Notes under the pieces: generated by a model | Seen by the model: the letters and a program-made list of their open reading frames with translations, nothing else | The model's database searches: none | What the model was told of the DNA's origin: nothing | Position numbers and translations under genes: made by a program | In this document: positions 32,242 through 42,130 of the stretch, in pieces | How the letters are laid out: every line of letters starts with the position of its first letter | Position numbering within the stretch: the stretch's first letter is position 1 | Assembly: GCA_965261085.1 (NCBI GenBank) | Contig: OZ253442.1 | Coordinates: 3,008,001-3,072,000 of the forward strand | Source: a bacterium | GTDB lineage: Bacteria; UBA8248 | DNA length: 64,000 nucleotides | Reading direction: 5' to 3'

Positions 32242-33633
32242 TCAAGCTGGCACTCGCTCCGCTTTGGAAACAAGTTCCATTACTTCAGAGATACTGCTCA
32301 AATTTTCTAAGCTCCTCACCCGCTCAATGAGCAAATTCCCTGTTTCCTTTTCGAACACCGGGGCCGTCATGACATAGAATCGTTCGATCAACTCATCCCA
32401 CGTCAGCGGATTGCGCGAATCTCCTTTGGGATAATCCTGATGCGCTTCAAAAACGCCGCGATCAGTCTCGATTTTAACATGCGCTTGCCATTTATCCGGA
32501 AATTCCTTCTCCATTTCAGCATCACCGTAACATTCGATCTTTTTGATGATGGAGGAATGTACTTGAGAACGGAGAAAGTCATCGGCATATTCATCAAGCC
32601 CTGCGGCGCGTCTGAGAATCGCTACAGCCACGGCATATTGAAGGCTGAACTGCGCATCAACAATGTTTTGCGGATTCGTTTTCATATCATAGGGTTCGAT
32701 GACCACCATCACACTCGTCTCTGGAACCCGGACTTCCACTCGTGTAATTTCCTCAGGCTGAATATCATGCGCTTTGCAAACTTCAATTGTGGCGTCAATT
32801 GAAGCGTGGTTATAACGACAACAAGCGTAAGGTTTTATGGCGCTCTCGCAGATTTCCCAATACTCGCCAAAATGCTCCACAACATACTCAGGCGTATAGT
32901 TATCACTATGGCCGTGCAAAAATCCCGTTTTCCCACCCAAAATATCTTCCGGTCCCGTATAACTTTCTTGAGCCAAATAGGCGGCGATGATACCGCTATG
33001 CGCCGCCCATCCCGGGTGAAACCTCTTCGTCCAAGCACCGTTATCGAGGTACTGCATCGAACCCGCCGCCTGGCTGCCCGAGATACCCATCGCATTGGCG
33101 GTGGCCTCGACAGATAACCCCAAAAGTTTCGATGCCGTGATTGCGGAGGCGAAAGTGCCACATGTGCCCGTAGGATGGAATCCGCGCTCATAGTGGCTTG
33201 TTGGGTTCACGGCGTTTCCAATACGATTGGTCACTTCATAACCTGCTACGATAGCTGCGATTACTCGCTTCGGATCGGGTTGATGCGCCTCGGCAACGGC
33301 TAACGTGCTGGGCATGACGCTGACTGCGGGATGCAGACTCGAGCGCGTAGTCACATCATCCATTTCCGTAGCGTGGCTCACGCCGCCATTCACCAGCGCA
33401 GCATGAGGAGCATCCGTCTTGATATCCGAGCCAATGATGGTGCATTGACCATCACGAGGAGCGCGCTTTTGGGCGAAATTATGAAACACCCGGGAACTGG
33501 CCGCTTCCACCGCTCTCAATGTAACGCCAAGATGATCAAGTAAGAAATACTTTGCGCGGTCTCTGGCCTCATCAGGCAGAGAATCGTAGGTAATGGCGTG
33601 AACGTGCTCCACAAGCATCCGGCTGATATTCAT
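32242..33633 (-). CDS. MmgE/PrpD family protein
   Basis: SHATEMDD, HPAVSV, GFHPTG, KPYACCRYNH, PKGDSRNPL. Confidence 0.9.
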   Translation of the reverse strand: MNISRMLVEHVHAITYDSLPDEARDRAKYFLLDHLGVTLRAVEAASSRVFHNFAQKRAPRDGQCTIIGSDIKTDAPHAALVNGGVSHATEMDDVTTRSSLHPAVSVMPSTLAVAEAHQPDPKRVIAAIVAGYEVTNRIGNAVNPTSHYERGFHPTGTCGTFASAITASKLLGLSVEATANAMGISGSQAAGSMQYLDNGAWTKRFHPGWAAHSGIIAAYLAQESYTGPEDILGGKTGFLHGHSDNYTPEYVVEHFGEYWEICESAIKPYACCRYNHASIDATIEVCKAHDIQPEEITRVEVRVPETSVMVVIEPYDMKTNPQNIVDAQFSLQYAVAVAILRRAAGLDEYADDFLRSQVHSSIIKKIECYGDAEMEKEFPDKWQAHVKIETDRGVFEAHQDYPKGDSRNPLTWDELIERFYVMTAPVFEKETGNLLIERVRSLENLSSISEVMELVSKAERVPA

Positions 33634-33872
33634 TGGAACTTCTCCTTCCACTAGAAGCCAGTATGTGATTTTTCGATTAACGCCCTCGACTGCCAAGCAT
33701 TTTCACAACTTAGAAAATCATATTAGAACTCGCATATATCTTCCCTCAGCGCAAGAGTGGACCAACCGCCCAATGCTCTTGGGACACGGATGAGTTTGTC
33801 ATAAGGTATCGCTTGCGGATAGAATTCTCCAACTTTTTTGCGTCCTCATCATTTTGATTTTGGAGACATAAA

Positions 33873-34217
33873 ATGCAATCTTGCGTTTTTTGTAAAATCG
33901 TAGCAGGCGATATCCCCTGCAAAAAAGTTTATGAAGATGACGCATTATTTGCATTTGAAGACGTCAACCCTGCGGCTCCCACACATATTCTGATCATCCC
34001 GAAAAAACATATGGAGACGCTCCACGAAATACAGGATGCACACAAAGAATTGATTGGTTCCATATTCGTTGCGGCGAATGAAATCGCCCGCAAACAGGGA
34101 ATTGCTCAAGAGGGCTTCCGAATCGTCGCGAATTGCGGAGAAAACGGGGGGCAAACCGTTTTTCACATCCACTATCACCTCTTGGGCGGACGCCAGATGC
34201 AATGGCCGCCGGGCTAG
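33873..34217 (+). CDS. hinT: Histidine triad nucleotide-binding protein
   Basis: CVFCKI, GQTVFHIHYHLLGGR, WPPG. Confidence 0.93.
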   Translation: MQSCVFCKIVAGDIPCKKVYEDDALFAFEDVNPAAPTHILIIPKKHMETLHEIQDAHKELIGSIFVAANEIARKQGIAQEGFRIVANCGENGGQTVFHIHYHLLGGRQMQWPPG

Positions 34218-34335
34218 CAGACGCATCGTGAGTGAAATTGTTTACATGAACTGCACAGCCGAAATACTCGCCGAACTGGCCAAACAGGAAAGCGCCTTTC
34301 TCAAACTCGCCAGCAAATAGCTGCCCTCATAGAAC

Positions 34336-34983
34336 CTACATCACCCGGAATCGCCGCTGCATGGCGCGGCTCCACTTACTCGCGTGATCAGCATCGAACA
34401 AAATATCTGGATCCGCAGGCGCCGTATACCAATCTCCGCGCCTCATCTCGCTTTCTAATTGCCCAGCCCCCCAGCCGGCATAGCCAATCACGACAACAAT
34501 TTTCATGGGCCGTCTGCCTTGAACCATAGACTGAAGCACCACATCTACCGAACTGATCGCTACATTCTCACCCACTTCATGAGCGACATCGAGCTTATGC
34601 TCTCTCGTATGCAGCACGAAACCTGAATCGGGCGACACGGGTCCGCCGTAGTGAATATCCACCTGGCTCGTATCTCGAGGCGGTTTTATGTCGAAGCTCC
34701 TGAAAAGCTTGGCGAGCGGTATCTTCTGCACGACGCGGTTCACTATCAGCCCGAAAGCCCCTTTTTCGCTGTGTTTCACCAGCAAAATAACGCTCTTGCG
34801 GAACCGCCCGTCCGGCATGCCCGGACGCGCGACCAACAGTTTGCCCTCGTAATGGCCAAAGAGCGGTAAATAGGCCCCCTCCGGGTTCTTGTCCCCCTCC
34901 TGGGCGGATGCAGTTACGGTGACAAACAACACCATCGCAACGAGCAGGATTCGCTTCAATCTAGGCCACCCAGCCGCCGCCAT
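34336..34983 (-). CDS. YqgE/AlgH family protein with N-terminal signal peptide (start may be TTG 34959)
   Basis: LLVARPGMPD, GGPV, GYAGWGAGQLESE. Confidence 0.88.
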   Translation of the reverse strand: MAAAGWPRLKRILLVAMVLFVTVTASAQEGDKNPEGAYLPLFGHYEGKLLVARPGMPDGRFRKSVILLVKHSEKGAFGLIVNRVVQKIPLAKLFRSFDIKPPRDTSQVDIHYGGPVSPDSGFVLHTREHKLDVAHEVGENVAISSVDVVLQSMVQGRRPMKIVVVIGYAGWGAGQLESEMRRGDWYTAPADPDILFDADHASKWSRAMQRRFRVM

Positions 34984-36022
34984 AGAGCACGTCGCCGGAG
35001 TAGAAAACAGCCGCCTGCCCTGGAGCCACGGCGCCTAAGTATTTGGGGTCATCGGGCCTGATCTCGACGCTTCCATCATCTTTGAGCGACACGGCGCAGA
35101 CGGCAGCGCGGCCCCGGTGCCTCACCTGCACTTCCAGTCGAGCAGACTGCGGGGGAATCGACCAGCGCACGTCCCGGGCGAAGAAAACCTCGCGAGCGAG
35201 GGATTCGCGTTCCCCCACCACGATGGTGGCCGAATCAGATTCGAGTTCCACCACGTAGCGCGGCGGGCCGCCCCCCAAATCGAGACCCCGTCTTTGCCCT
35301 ACCGTGAAGTTGGTCACGCCCCCGTGCCTGCCGAGCACGTTTCCCTCCAAATCCACGATGTCTCCGGGTCTGTCGATGCCGGGCTTCTCGGCCTGAAGGA
35401 AAGCGCGGTAATCATCCTTGGGCACGAAACAAATCTCCTGGCTTTCGGGTTTTTCCGCGGTGGCGAGGCCCAGTTTTCTGGCGTATTCCCTCGTTTGCTC
35501 TTTGGTGAACTCCCCCAGGGGGAAGGCGGTGCGCGCGAGTTGCTCCTGCGTCATGCCGAAGAGGAAATAGGTCTGGTCCTTTTCCCTGTCCAGGCTTCTC
35601 GCGACGCTCAGGCGGCCATCGACCTCCACCCGCCTGGCGTAATGGCCGGTGACGAGCAGTTCCGCGCCGAACGCCATCGCGCGCTCGGCCAGATAGTCGA
35701 ACTTCACCACCTGGTTGCACTTGACGCAGGGCACGGGCGTCCTGCCGTTCTCATATTCTGAGATAAAGTCGTCAATCACGCTCTGCTTGAAGGATTCGCG
35801 CACGTCCATCACGTAGAATGGAATGTCGAGCTGGGCCGCCACGGCGCGCGCATCGGCCAGGTCGCGCGGCGCGCAACAGCCCCGGTGGAAAGATTCCTGC
35901 TCGGGCCTGTCGGCGAGGCGAAGCCCCACGCCGATGGTCTCATAACCCTGCTCCACCATGAGAGCCGCGGCCACCGAACTATCCACCCCGCCGCTCATCG
36001 CCACCACCACGCGCTGCGCCAT
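34961..36022 (-). CDS. mnmA: tRNA-specific 2-thiouridylase
   Basis: AMSGGVDSS, TPVPCVKCN, TGHYAR, KDQTYFL, ESQEICF, TVGQRRG. Confidence 0.96.
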   Translation of the reverse strand: MAQRVVVAMSGGVDSSVAAALMVEQGYETIGVGLRLADRPEQESFHRGCCAPRDLADARAVAAQLDIPFYVMDVRESFKQSVIDDFISEYENGRTPVPCVKCNQVVKFDYLAERAMAFGAELLVTGHYARRVEVDGRLSVARSLDREKDQTYFLFGMTQEQLARTAFPLGEFTKEQTREYARKLGLATAEKPESQEICFVPKDDYRAFLQAEKPGIDRPGDIVDLEGNVLGRHGGVTNFTVGQRRGLDLGGGPPRYVVELESDSATIVVGERESLAREVFFARDVRWSIPPQSARLEVQVRHRGRAAVCAVSLKDDGSVEIRPDDPKYLGAVAPGQAAVFYSGDVLYGGGWVA

Positions 36023-36181
36023 CACCGCCTCCAGAGGAGTCCATCCAAAGTCCGGGCACGTTATACACCACCCGCTTCGCTCAAGGCCACAGGGCGAGAG
36101 CAGCCAGGCCGCGAGCCGCCCGGACGAAACCACTGCGGGCAATTGCGGGGAAATGCGGGGGTTTGAAAGAAGTTTTTAATT

Positions 36182-36304
36182 CGATAAATTACGATAATTT
36201 TATAATGTTCTACTTTATTATATCCCGACAAATATATGAATTAAGATAGATTACATGGATAGTTCGATCCATAAACCTTTTCATGTATTTATCGTAATTT
36301 ATCG
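36182..36304. repeat. Perfect 16-bp inverted repeat around an AT-rich spacer
   Basis: CGATAAATTACGATAA at 36182-36197 and TTATCGTAATTTATCG at 36289-36304. Confidence 0.8.
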
Positions 36305-36447
36305 TATTTTTCACTAATTCAAAAGCCGGCGCTCTCATGGCGCACGGGGGAGATTTCATCGCCGTGGCGCCTTCGCCCATCTCGAAACACCTGCCAAAGA
36401 TTCGCCGACCCATCGCTTCACCTTTTTCGTACCACCGTCGGGGGTTT

Positions 36448-36740
36448 GAATACGCCACCCTGTCCGTCCGTATGAATGGGCTACCCGAAATTCGATTCCT
36501 CACCGGGTGCGCCCCTATGAAACGGCTACGAGGAATTTTAATACGCCACCCTGTTCGCCAGTATGAAACGGCTGCGAGGAATTTTAATACGCCACCCTGT
36601 TCGCCAGTATGAAAGCGGCTAGGAGGAATCTGAATTCTCGACCCGGTTCGCCCATATGAAAAGGCTACGTGAAATCCGATTCCTCACAGGGCCTGCCCGT
36701 ATGAGATTCCTCACAGGGTGTGCCCGTATGAAATTCTCGC
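36448..36740. repeat. Degenerate ~46-bp tandem array (about 6 units plus 1 truncated)
   Basis: TATGA(A) anchor at 36471, 36516, 36562, 36608, 36655, 36700 and 36727. Units 36516-36561 and 36562-36607 differ at one base. Confidence 0.85.
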
Positions 36741-36936
36741 GCATCCCCGGGCAGGCGGGATAGCGGCAAATGCGGGCAAATGCGTCACTCCTGCCGATTG
36801 ATTTCACCGGAATGACGACACGGCGTGCGAATTTGGTTGTAGGGACAGGTCGCTACCTGTCCGGCCCCCGCGCCTGTCCTGGCGATAGACAACCACGGGA
36901 GCGGACAACCACAAGGGGTCAAACCCGACCATCGCC

Positions 36937-37719
36937 CTATCCCGCGGTATAGCCCCCGTCGGCATACAGAATGTGGCCGGTGTAGAAATCAGACGCCCGC
37001 GATGCGAGGAACAGGAGCGGCCCCGCCAGATCCTCAGGCTCGCCCAGCCGCCCCTTCGGGATTCGGGTGACGATACCCTCGCGCATCCTGACCGCCTCAG
37101 GCGCCTCGGTGAACATCCACTCGGCCAGGGGCGAGCGAAACACGGTCGGCCCAATCGCGTTGACGGTGATTCCCGTCGGGCCCAGTTCGCAGGCCAGCGC
37201 TTTGGTGATGCCGTCGACTGCCGCCTTGGAGGCGCAATAGGCGGTATAACCGGCGGGGTGGCCGAGCAGCCCGCGCGTCGAGGAAACGAGGATTATCTTG
37301 CCGCCGCCCTGCGCCTTCATCCGCCGCGTTGCGGCGCGCGCCAAAAGCCAGGTCTGCGTCACGTTGGCGTCCATGACTTCGGCGAACACCGCAGGCGCCA
37401 TCTCCTCTATCATCCCTACCCTGTTGATGCCCGACGCCACGACCAGAATGTCGAGTCGGCCATGAGCCTCTACGGCTTTTTCCACCATGGCGTCCACCAC
37501 CGCTTCGGAATCCGGGCGTGCGTTCACCGCAGCGACCGCGACCCCAAGGTCCCGGCACTCGCCCGCGACGGCGCCTAGCGCGTCCGAATTACCGGCGGCC
37601 AGCGTAAGGCTGCACCCGGCCTCGGCCAGGGTCCGCGCGGCGACCGCCCCGAAAGCGCCCGACGCGCCGGTGATCAGCGCAGAGCGTCCGCTCACATCGA
37701 AAAGTTCCGAGGGCTTCAT
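36937..37719 (-). CDS. SDR family oxidoreductase (gluconate 5-dehydrogenase-like)
   Basis: TGASGAFG, YCASK, NAIGPT. Confidence 0.88.
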   Translation of the reverse strand: MKPSELFDVSGRSALITGASGAFGAVAARTLAEAGCSLTLAAGNSDALGAVAGECRDLGVAVAAVNARPDSEAVVDAMVEKAVEAHGRLDILVVASGINRVGMIEEMAPAVFAEVMDANVTQTWLLARAATRRMKAQGGGKIILVSSTRGLLGHPAGYTAYCASKAAVDGITKALACELGPTGITVNAIGPTVFRSPLAEWMFTEAPEAVRMREGIVTRIPKGRLGEPEDLAGPLLFLASRASDFYTGHILYADGGYTAG

Positions 37720-37839
37720 ATCGTGCCGTCCGAAGAGGGGTTCACGACCGGCATTCCGCAGGCGTGAAATAAGGTTCAGTGCGGCCCATGCTAAGTATCA
37801 AGCAGGTGTAGTGTCAAGAATCTGGGGGGTAACGGTTTC

Positions 37840-38149
37840 GTAGGGGAGAACCTGCGTGTTCTCCCTGCACATTCATGCGAGCAAAGACAGAAACACCCCC
37901 CCCTTGAGGATCAGCCCCGACTGAGGAAGGAGGGGCTGCCGATTGAAGAATGAGGGATTGCCGGCAATGCGCTAGAACAAAAAATTCACTCCCCCCTTGA
38001 GGGGGAGTCGGCAAGGCAAGGACGGAGTCCGTAGCCGCGCCGGTGGGGGGAGCTTTTGAATTTAGGATCATACCCCCCACCGCATCAGCTTTCGCACAAA
38101 ACACTCGGCTTTTGCGACTCCCCCTCAAGGGGTCAACCCCGAACAAGGA
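37840..38149. repeat. REP cluster (GTAG-type and ACTCCCCCCTTGAGGGGGAGT hairpins) plus IS-like end relics
   Basis: GTAGGGGAGAACCTGCGTGTTCTCCC at 37840; intact hairpin at ~37988; truncated copies at ~37895 and ~38117. Confidence 0.75.
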
Positions 38150-38491
38150 GGGGTTGTTGAAAAACCCGGTTTCGGGAGCGGGCGCGTTCCTCTCGTCTTG
38201 CATGGCCACCGTATCGACCTCACCCTCATGCCTACCGTATCGACCTCACCCTGAGTAGCCGCTGAAGGCGGCGTATCGAAGGGCGCTCCCCTTCGACGCG
38301 CTCCCGATGCGCCCCGGCTCTCCCTCGATACGGCGCGCGAGCGCGCCTACTCGGGATGAGGGAGGAGTGTCGTCGCGGGTCAAACGTGAGTGATGAACGA
38401 GCGTTTGCCGACCGACGAGGGAGGTATTACGTGCAAGGGCGGCGAATGCGCCGCAGGCATTTTTCCCTTGAGAGACTTATTCAACAACCCC
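38150..38491. mobile_element. MITE-like element D
   Basis: IRs GGGGTTGTTGAAAAACCC and TTATTCAACAACCCC. Reverse-complement similarity to 11063-11140 and 11460-11697. Confidence 0.75.
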
Positions 38492-38709
38492 AATGCGGGA
38501 GGGATTGTGTTTCGCCCGACGATTCCACCAGCATCAAACCGGCTACGAGTGATTCACTTATTCGATAGAGCCCGCCTCTATGAAAGCATGACGGTAAGGG
38601 AGGCGATGTCATCGGTCTCATCGAGCCGATGCTGTGGCGTGAAAAAGCGGTTACGGAATGTTATGCTCTCGGCGATAGACAAACACTAGCCGTAAAGGAA
38701 GAGATTGCC

Positions 38710-40099
38710 GTGGACAGCATAACGCTCAAGAATTTTCGCTGCTTTCGAGAGGAGCAAACCGCCCGCCTTGCGCCGCTCACCCTCCTCGTGGGTGAGAACA
38801 GCACCGGCAAGACTTCTTTCATGGCCATGATTCGCGCGCTTTGGGATGTCGCCTATCGGCACCGATTTCCCGATTTCAAGGAGGAGCCTTACGATCTCGG
38901 GAGTTTTGATGAGATAGCCCACTATCGTGGAACAAAAGGGGGTCGGGCCGGTAGCTTCGAAGCAGGATTCGAAACTACTCCCCAAATTACTCGAAAGAAA
39001 AAGCAACGAATAGACAAAAAAAAGTAATCTTATCACTTCAAAGTAATTTTTGAAAAAAAAAAGAGGTGCCCCTGCTCTGGGTAGAATATGTCTTACACAC
39101 GGGGATGTTTGGAGCGAAATCTATTGTAAAGATGAGTTTTGGGAGATGAGCTTCGGGACGCCAAGAGGTGCTTGGAGAATAACGGAGACCTTTCCCACTG
39201 GTTCAGATGCTTTTAATAGCCCTGCTTTGTTTTATTTCTTGTACCAACCAATGTTAAGAGGCCCAGAAAACCCAACAAGCGAAGTAGAGTCAATAGTATC
39301 AGAAGGTTCCGACAAACCTACCAGCGATGACTTGAAGATGATCAAGCAACTTAGAGAGGGCCTCTACGGAGCGAATTTTCATTATTTCATGGAACGTCTA
39401 TACGCTAGCGCACCAGTTCGCTCTAAGCCACGTAGGACTTACAACCCTTCGCGTCCGACGCCGGATCCCGAAGGCGACAACCTTCCTATGTATCTCGCCA
39501 GCTTGTCCCACCATAACCAATCCAAATGGAAGGAACTGAAGAACGAACTTGAGAAATTCGGGCAAAAAGCAGGCCTTTTCGATGAAATACATATCCGGCA
39601 TCTCGGAAAAAGGGACAGCGACAGTGAACCCTTCCAGGTGCAGGTGAGAAAGTCCGGCGACAGGACAAAAAGTCCAAAAGGCCCTCGACGCAACCTGATC
39701 GACGTGGGCTACGGCGTCAGTCAGGTGCTGCCCGTGATCACCGAATTGCTGCAAGAAGACGCATCGCCCATGTTCTTGTTGCAGCAGCCGGAAGTGCATC
39801 TGCACCCTAGAGCTCAAGCGGCTCTCGGCAGTCTGTTCTGTCAGGTCGCCGTCCCGGATCGCCGGTTGGTAGTCGAAACGCACAGCGACCACCTGCTCGA
39901 CCGGGTGCGGATGGACGTTCGTGACGGAAAAACAAAGCTAAAACCCGAGGACGTTTCCATTCTGTTCTTCGAGCGCGATGACTTGGACGTCCGCATTCAT
40001 TCAATCGGCCTCGATGAAGAGGGCAATATTCTGGGTGCGCCAGATAGCTACGGAAAATTTTTCATGGAAGAGACGCGACGGTCTCTATGGAAACGATAG
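38710..40099 (+). pseudogene. AAA_21/DUF3696-type ABC ATPase, interrupted
   Basis: LKNFRCF, Walker A GENSTGKT, signature DVGYGVSQVLP, QQPEVHLHP, ETHSDH. TAA at 39025-39027 and a frame change in the A10 run at 39053-39062. Confidence 0.85.
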
Positions 40100-40121
40100 C
40101 AAGGCTATAGGGACCTGATGA

Positions 40122-40595
40122 ATGTGCGCCATTGTTGACGCAAATGTAATGCATGAAGTGTTCGGCTCTAATCTACAGTCAGCGGGAGAGCAATTCTTCA
40201 ACTGGATTGAAAAAGGGACCAAGCGCCTTGTGGTCGGCGGAAAGTTGCGCGAGGAACTTGAATAGAGTTCCGAAGATTTCAGAAAATGGGCGAGGGTAGC
40301 CATTAGAACTGGAAAAATAAGAATCGTGAACACTAATGAAGTCGACGCCAAGACGAGAGAAATCGAAAATGAGGGCGGATACGTGTCAAATGACCCGCAC
40401 GTTCTCGCCTTAGCCCAGGTGAGCGGCGCGCGTTTGTTGTACTCCAACGATGGTGACTTGCAAGAGGATTTTGGAAACAAGAACCTGATCGATCGACCAA
40501 GAGGGAAAGTTTACTCAACACGCGAAAACAAGAATTTTCGCTCCGTTCACAGGCGGCTTCTCGCCAACAGTAATTTGTGTCGCCCCCAAGAATGA
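40122..40595 (+). pseudogene. PIN-like nuclease domain protein with in-frame TAG
   Basis: MCAIVDANV...LREEL...SNDPHVLALAQVSGARLLYSNDGDL. The frame is continuous except for TAG at 40263-40265. Confidence 0.75.
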
Positions 40596-40606
40596 TCACA
40601 CAAACA

Positions 40607-40632
40607 GGGTGGACACGCAGGTCCGCCCCTAC
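40607..40632. repeat. GTAG-type REP
   Basis: GGGTGGACACGCAGGTCCGCCCCTAC, similar to 10976-11001. Confidence 0.7.
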
Positions 40633-40645
40633 GAGATCAAACCGG

Positions 40646-42043
40646 CTACGCGGGACTCGCTTCCCGCACCGACTCCGCCAGCATGAAAGTGAGGGAGGTG
40701 AGGTCGTCGGCCGCATCGAGCCGCCACCAGGCGTCCCAGGCGGCTTGGGCTTTCTCTTCGGAAAGGCCGACGCATTCCAGGAATTTTTCCTTGAGTTCAA
40801 GCTCGGTCAAGGGGTTTTCGATGTGCCCGCGCGCGCGGGGGAAAAAGCGGGTGAGTTCGCGGCCGTCTTTCAGTTTTACCCATACCCCGGCCGCTTCGGT
40901 TTCGGGGTCTTTGCGCGCCATGTCCTCATCGAGTTCGAACGCAACGCGCTTCTGAAGAGCGGCAATCTCGGGCCGCGCGACGCTCGCCTCTTCGAACTGG
41001 CGAATGCCGACTTTCCTGTCCACGAGGGCTGAGGCCAGACAGAACGGCATGGAGAACTTTCCTTCCAAGCTCGTGGTCGCCTCCTTGTAGCGCAGGACCT
41101 TGAGCGTCATGGTCGAGGCGCGCGCGCCAAGGGCCGCCACGTCCGAGACTTCGATGTCTTCCGTGTTCACCAGATCGAGCATGGCGTCGATTCCCGGATG
41201 CGTCATGGCGCAGCAGGGGTGCAGCTTCACGCAGACGCCCTCCTCGATGTCCCAGGGATGTCCCCAGGCGCCGACCGCACTCTCCCAATCCGCGAATTCA
41301 TGCGCGGTGGGTCCGATGCTCTCCGCCGCCAGGGCCGCCGTGAAGCCTGTTTCCAGCGTATCCGCAGCCGCCGTGAAGCCGCCCTCGGCCAGCCTGGCGG
41401 CGACGAGCCCCGCCCGTGCGGACTGGCCCGCGTGAAAGGGTTTCGTCATCGTGCCGAAATTGGAAACCAGCCCGGCCGAGCCGCTTGCTCCCAGGCTCAA
41501 GGCGTTTACAGTCTGCGCCTCATCCAGACCCAATAGATACGCGCTAGCGCCCGCCACGCCGACCGAGCCGAGCGTGGCCGTGGCGTGAAAGCCCCGGCGG
41601 TAGTGCTGTGGGTTCACCGCGCGTCCCAGGACGTGTAACAACTCGAAACCGATTGTGTAGGCCTCGAGAACCCGCGCGCCCCCGATTCCCCTTTCCTCCG
41701 CCAGCGCGATGAGCGCAGGAACGAGGGTGACGCTCGGGTGACCCAGAATCACGAAATCCACGTCGTCGTAATCGAGCGCATGGCCCGCCGTGCCGTTCAC
41801 GAAGGCGGCCCAGGAGGCGCTCGTCCGCTCCGTAGCGCCGATGAGGCGTGCGACGGGAGCGCCGCCCTCAGAGACCGCCAGCCCATGCGCCAGCCGCGCG
41901 CAATCATCTCCCCTGCCCGCCAGAATCACGCCCAAAGTGTCGAGCACGGCGTTTCTCGCCTGCGCGCGGGCCGCATCGCCGATGTCTGAGGGATGAACCG
42001 CCGCGATTCTCTTCGCCAGTTCTCTGGTGGCCGGATAGGTCAT
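40646..42043 (-). CDS. MmgE/PrpD family protein
   Basis: GHALDYDD, GHPSV, GFHATA, FGTMTKPFHAG, KLHPCCAMTH. Confidence 0.9.
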   Translation of the reverse strand: MTYPATRELAKRIAAVHPSDIGDAARAQARNAVLDTLGVILAGRGDDCARLAHGLAVSEGGAPVARLIGATERTSASWAAFVNGTAGHALDYDDVDFVILGHPSVTLVPALIALAEERGIGGARVLEAYTIGFELLHVLGRAVNPQHYRRGFHATATLGSVGVAGASAYLLGLDEAQTVNALSLGASGSAGLVSNFGTMTKPFHAGQSARAGLVAARLAEGGFTAAADTLETGFTAALAAESIGPTAHEFADWESAVGAWGHPWDIEEGVCVKLHPCCAMTHPGIDAMLDLVNTEDIEVSDVAALGARASTMTLKVLRYKEATTSLEGKFSMPFCLASALVDRKVGIRQFEEASVARPEIAALQKRVAFELDEDMARKDPETEAAGVWVKLKDGRELTRFFPRARGHIENPLTELELKEKFLECVGLSEEKAQAAWDAWWRLDAADDLTSLTFMLAESVREASPA

Positions 42044-42130
42044 GGAGGAACCTCCTTGCGTGCTGTTGAATCTCGGGGAGTGAATGAATCTAAAGGGGCG
42101 ACCCCCGGAAGGGCCGTCCCCGATTCCATA

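Noticed and set aside
36448-36740. CRISPR array
   Set aside because: Whole units are mutually similar, with no unique spacers, no invariant repeat and no cas genes.
40263-40265. Pyrrolysine or other programmed TAG readthrough
   Set aside because: No pyl genes are in the window, TAG is used as a normal stop elsewhere, and the partner gene is also broken.
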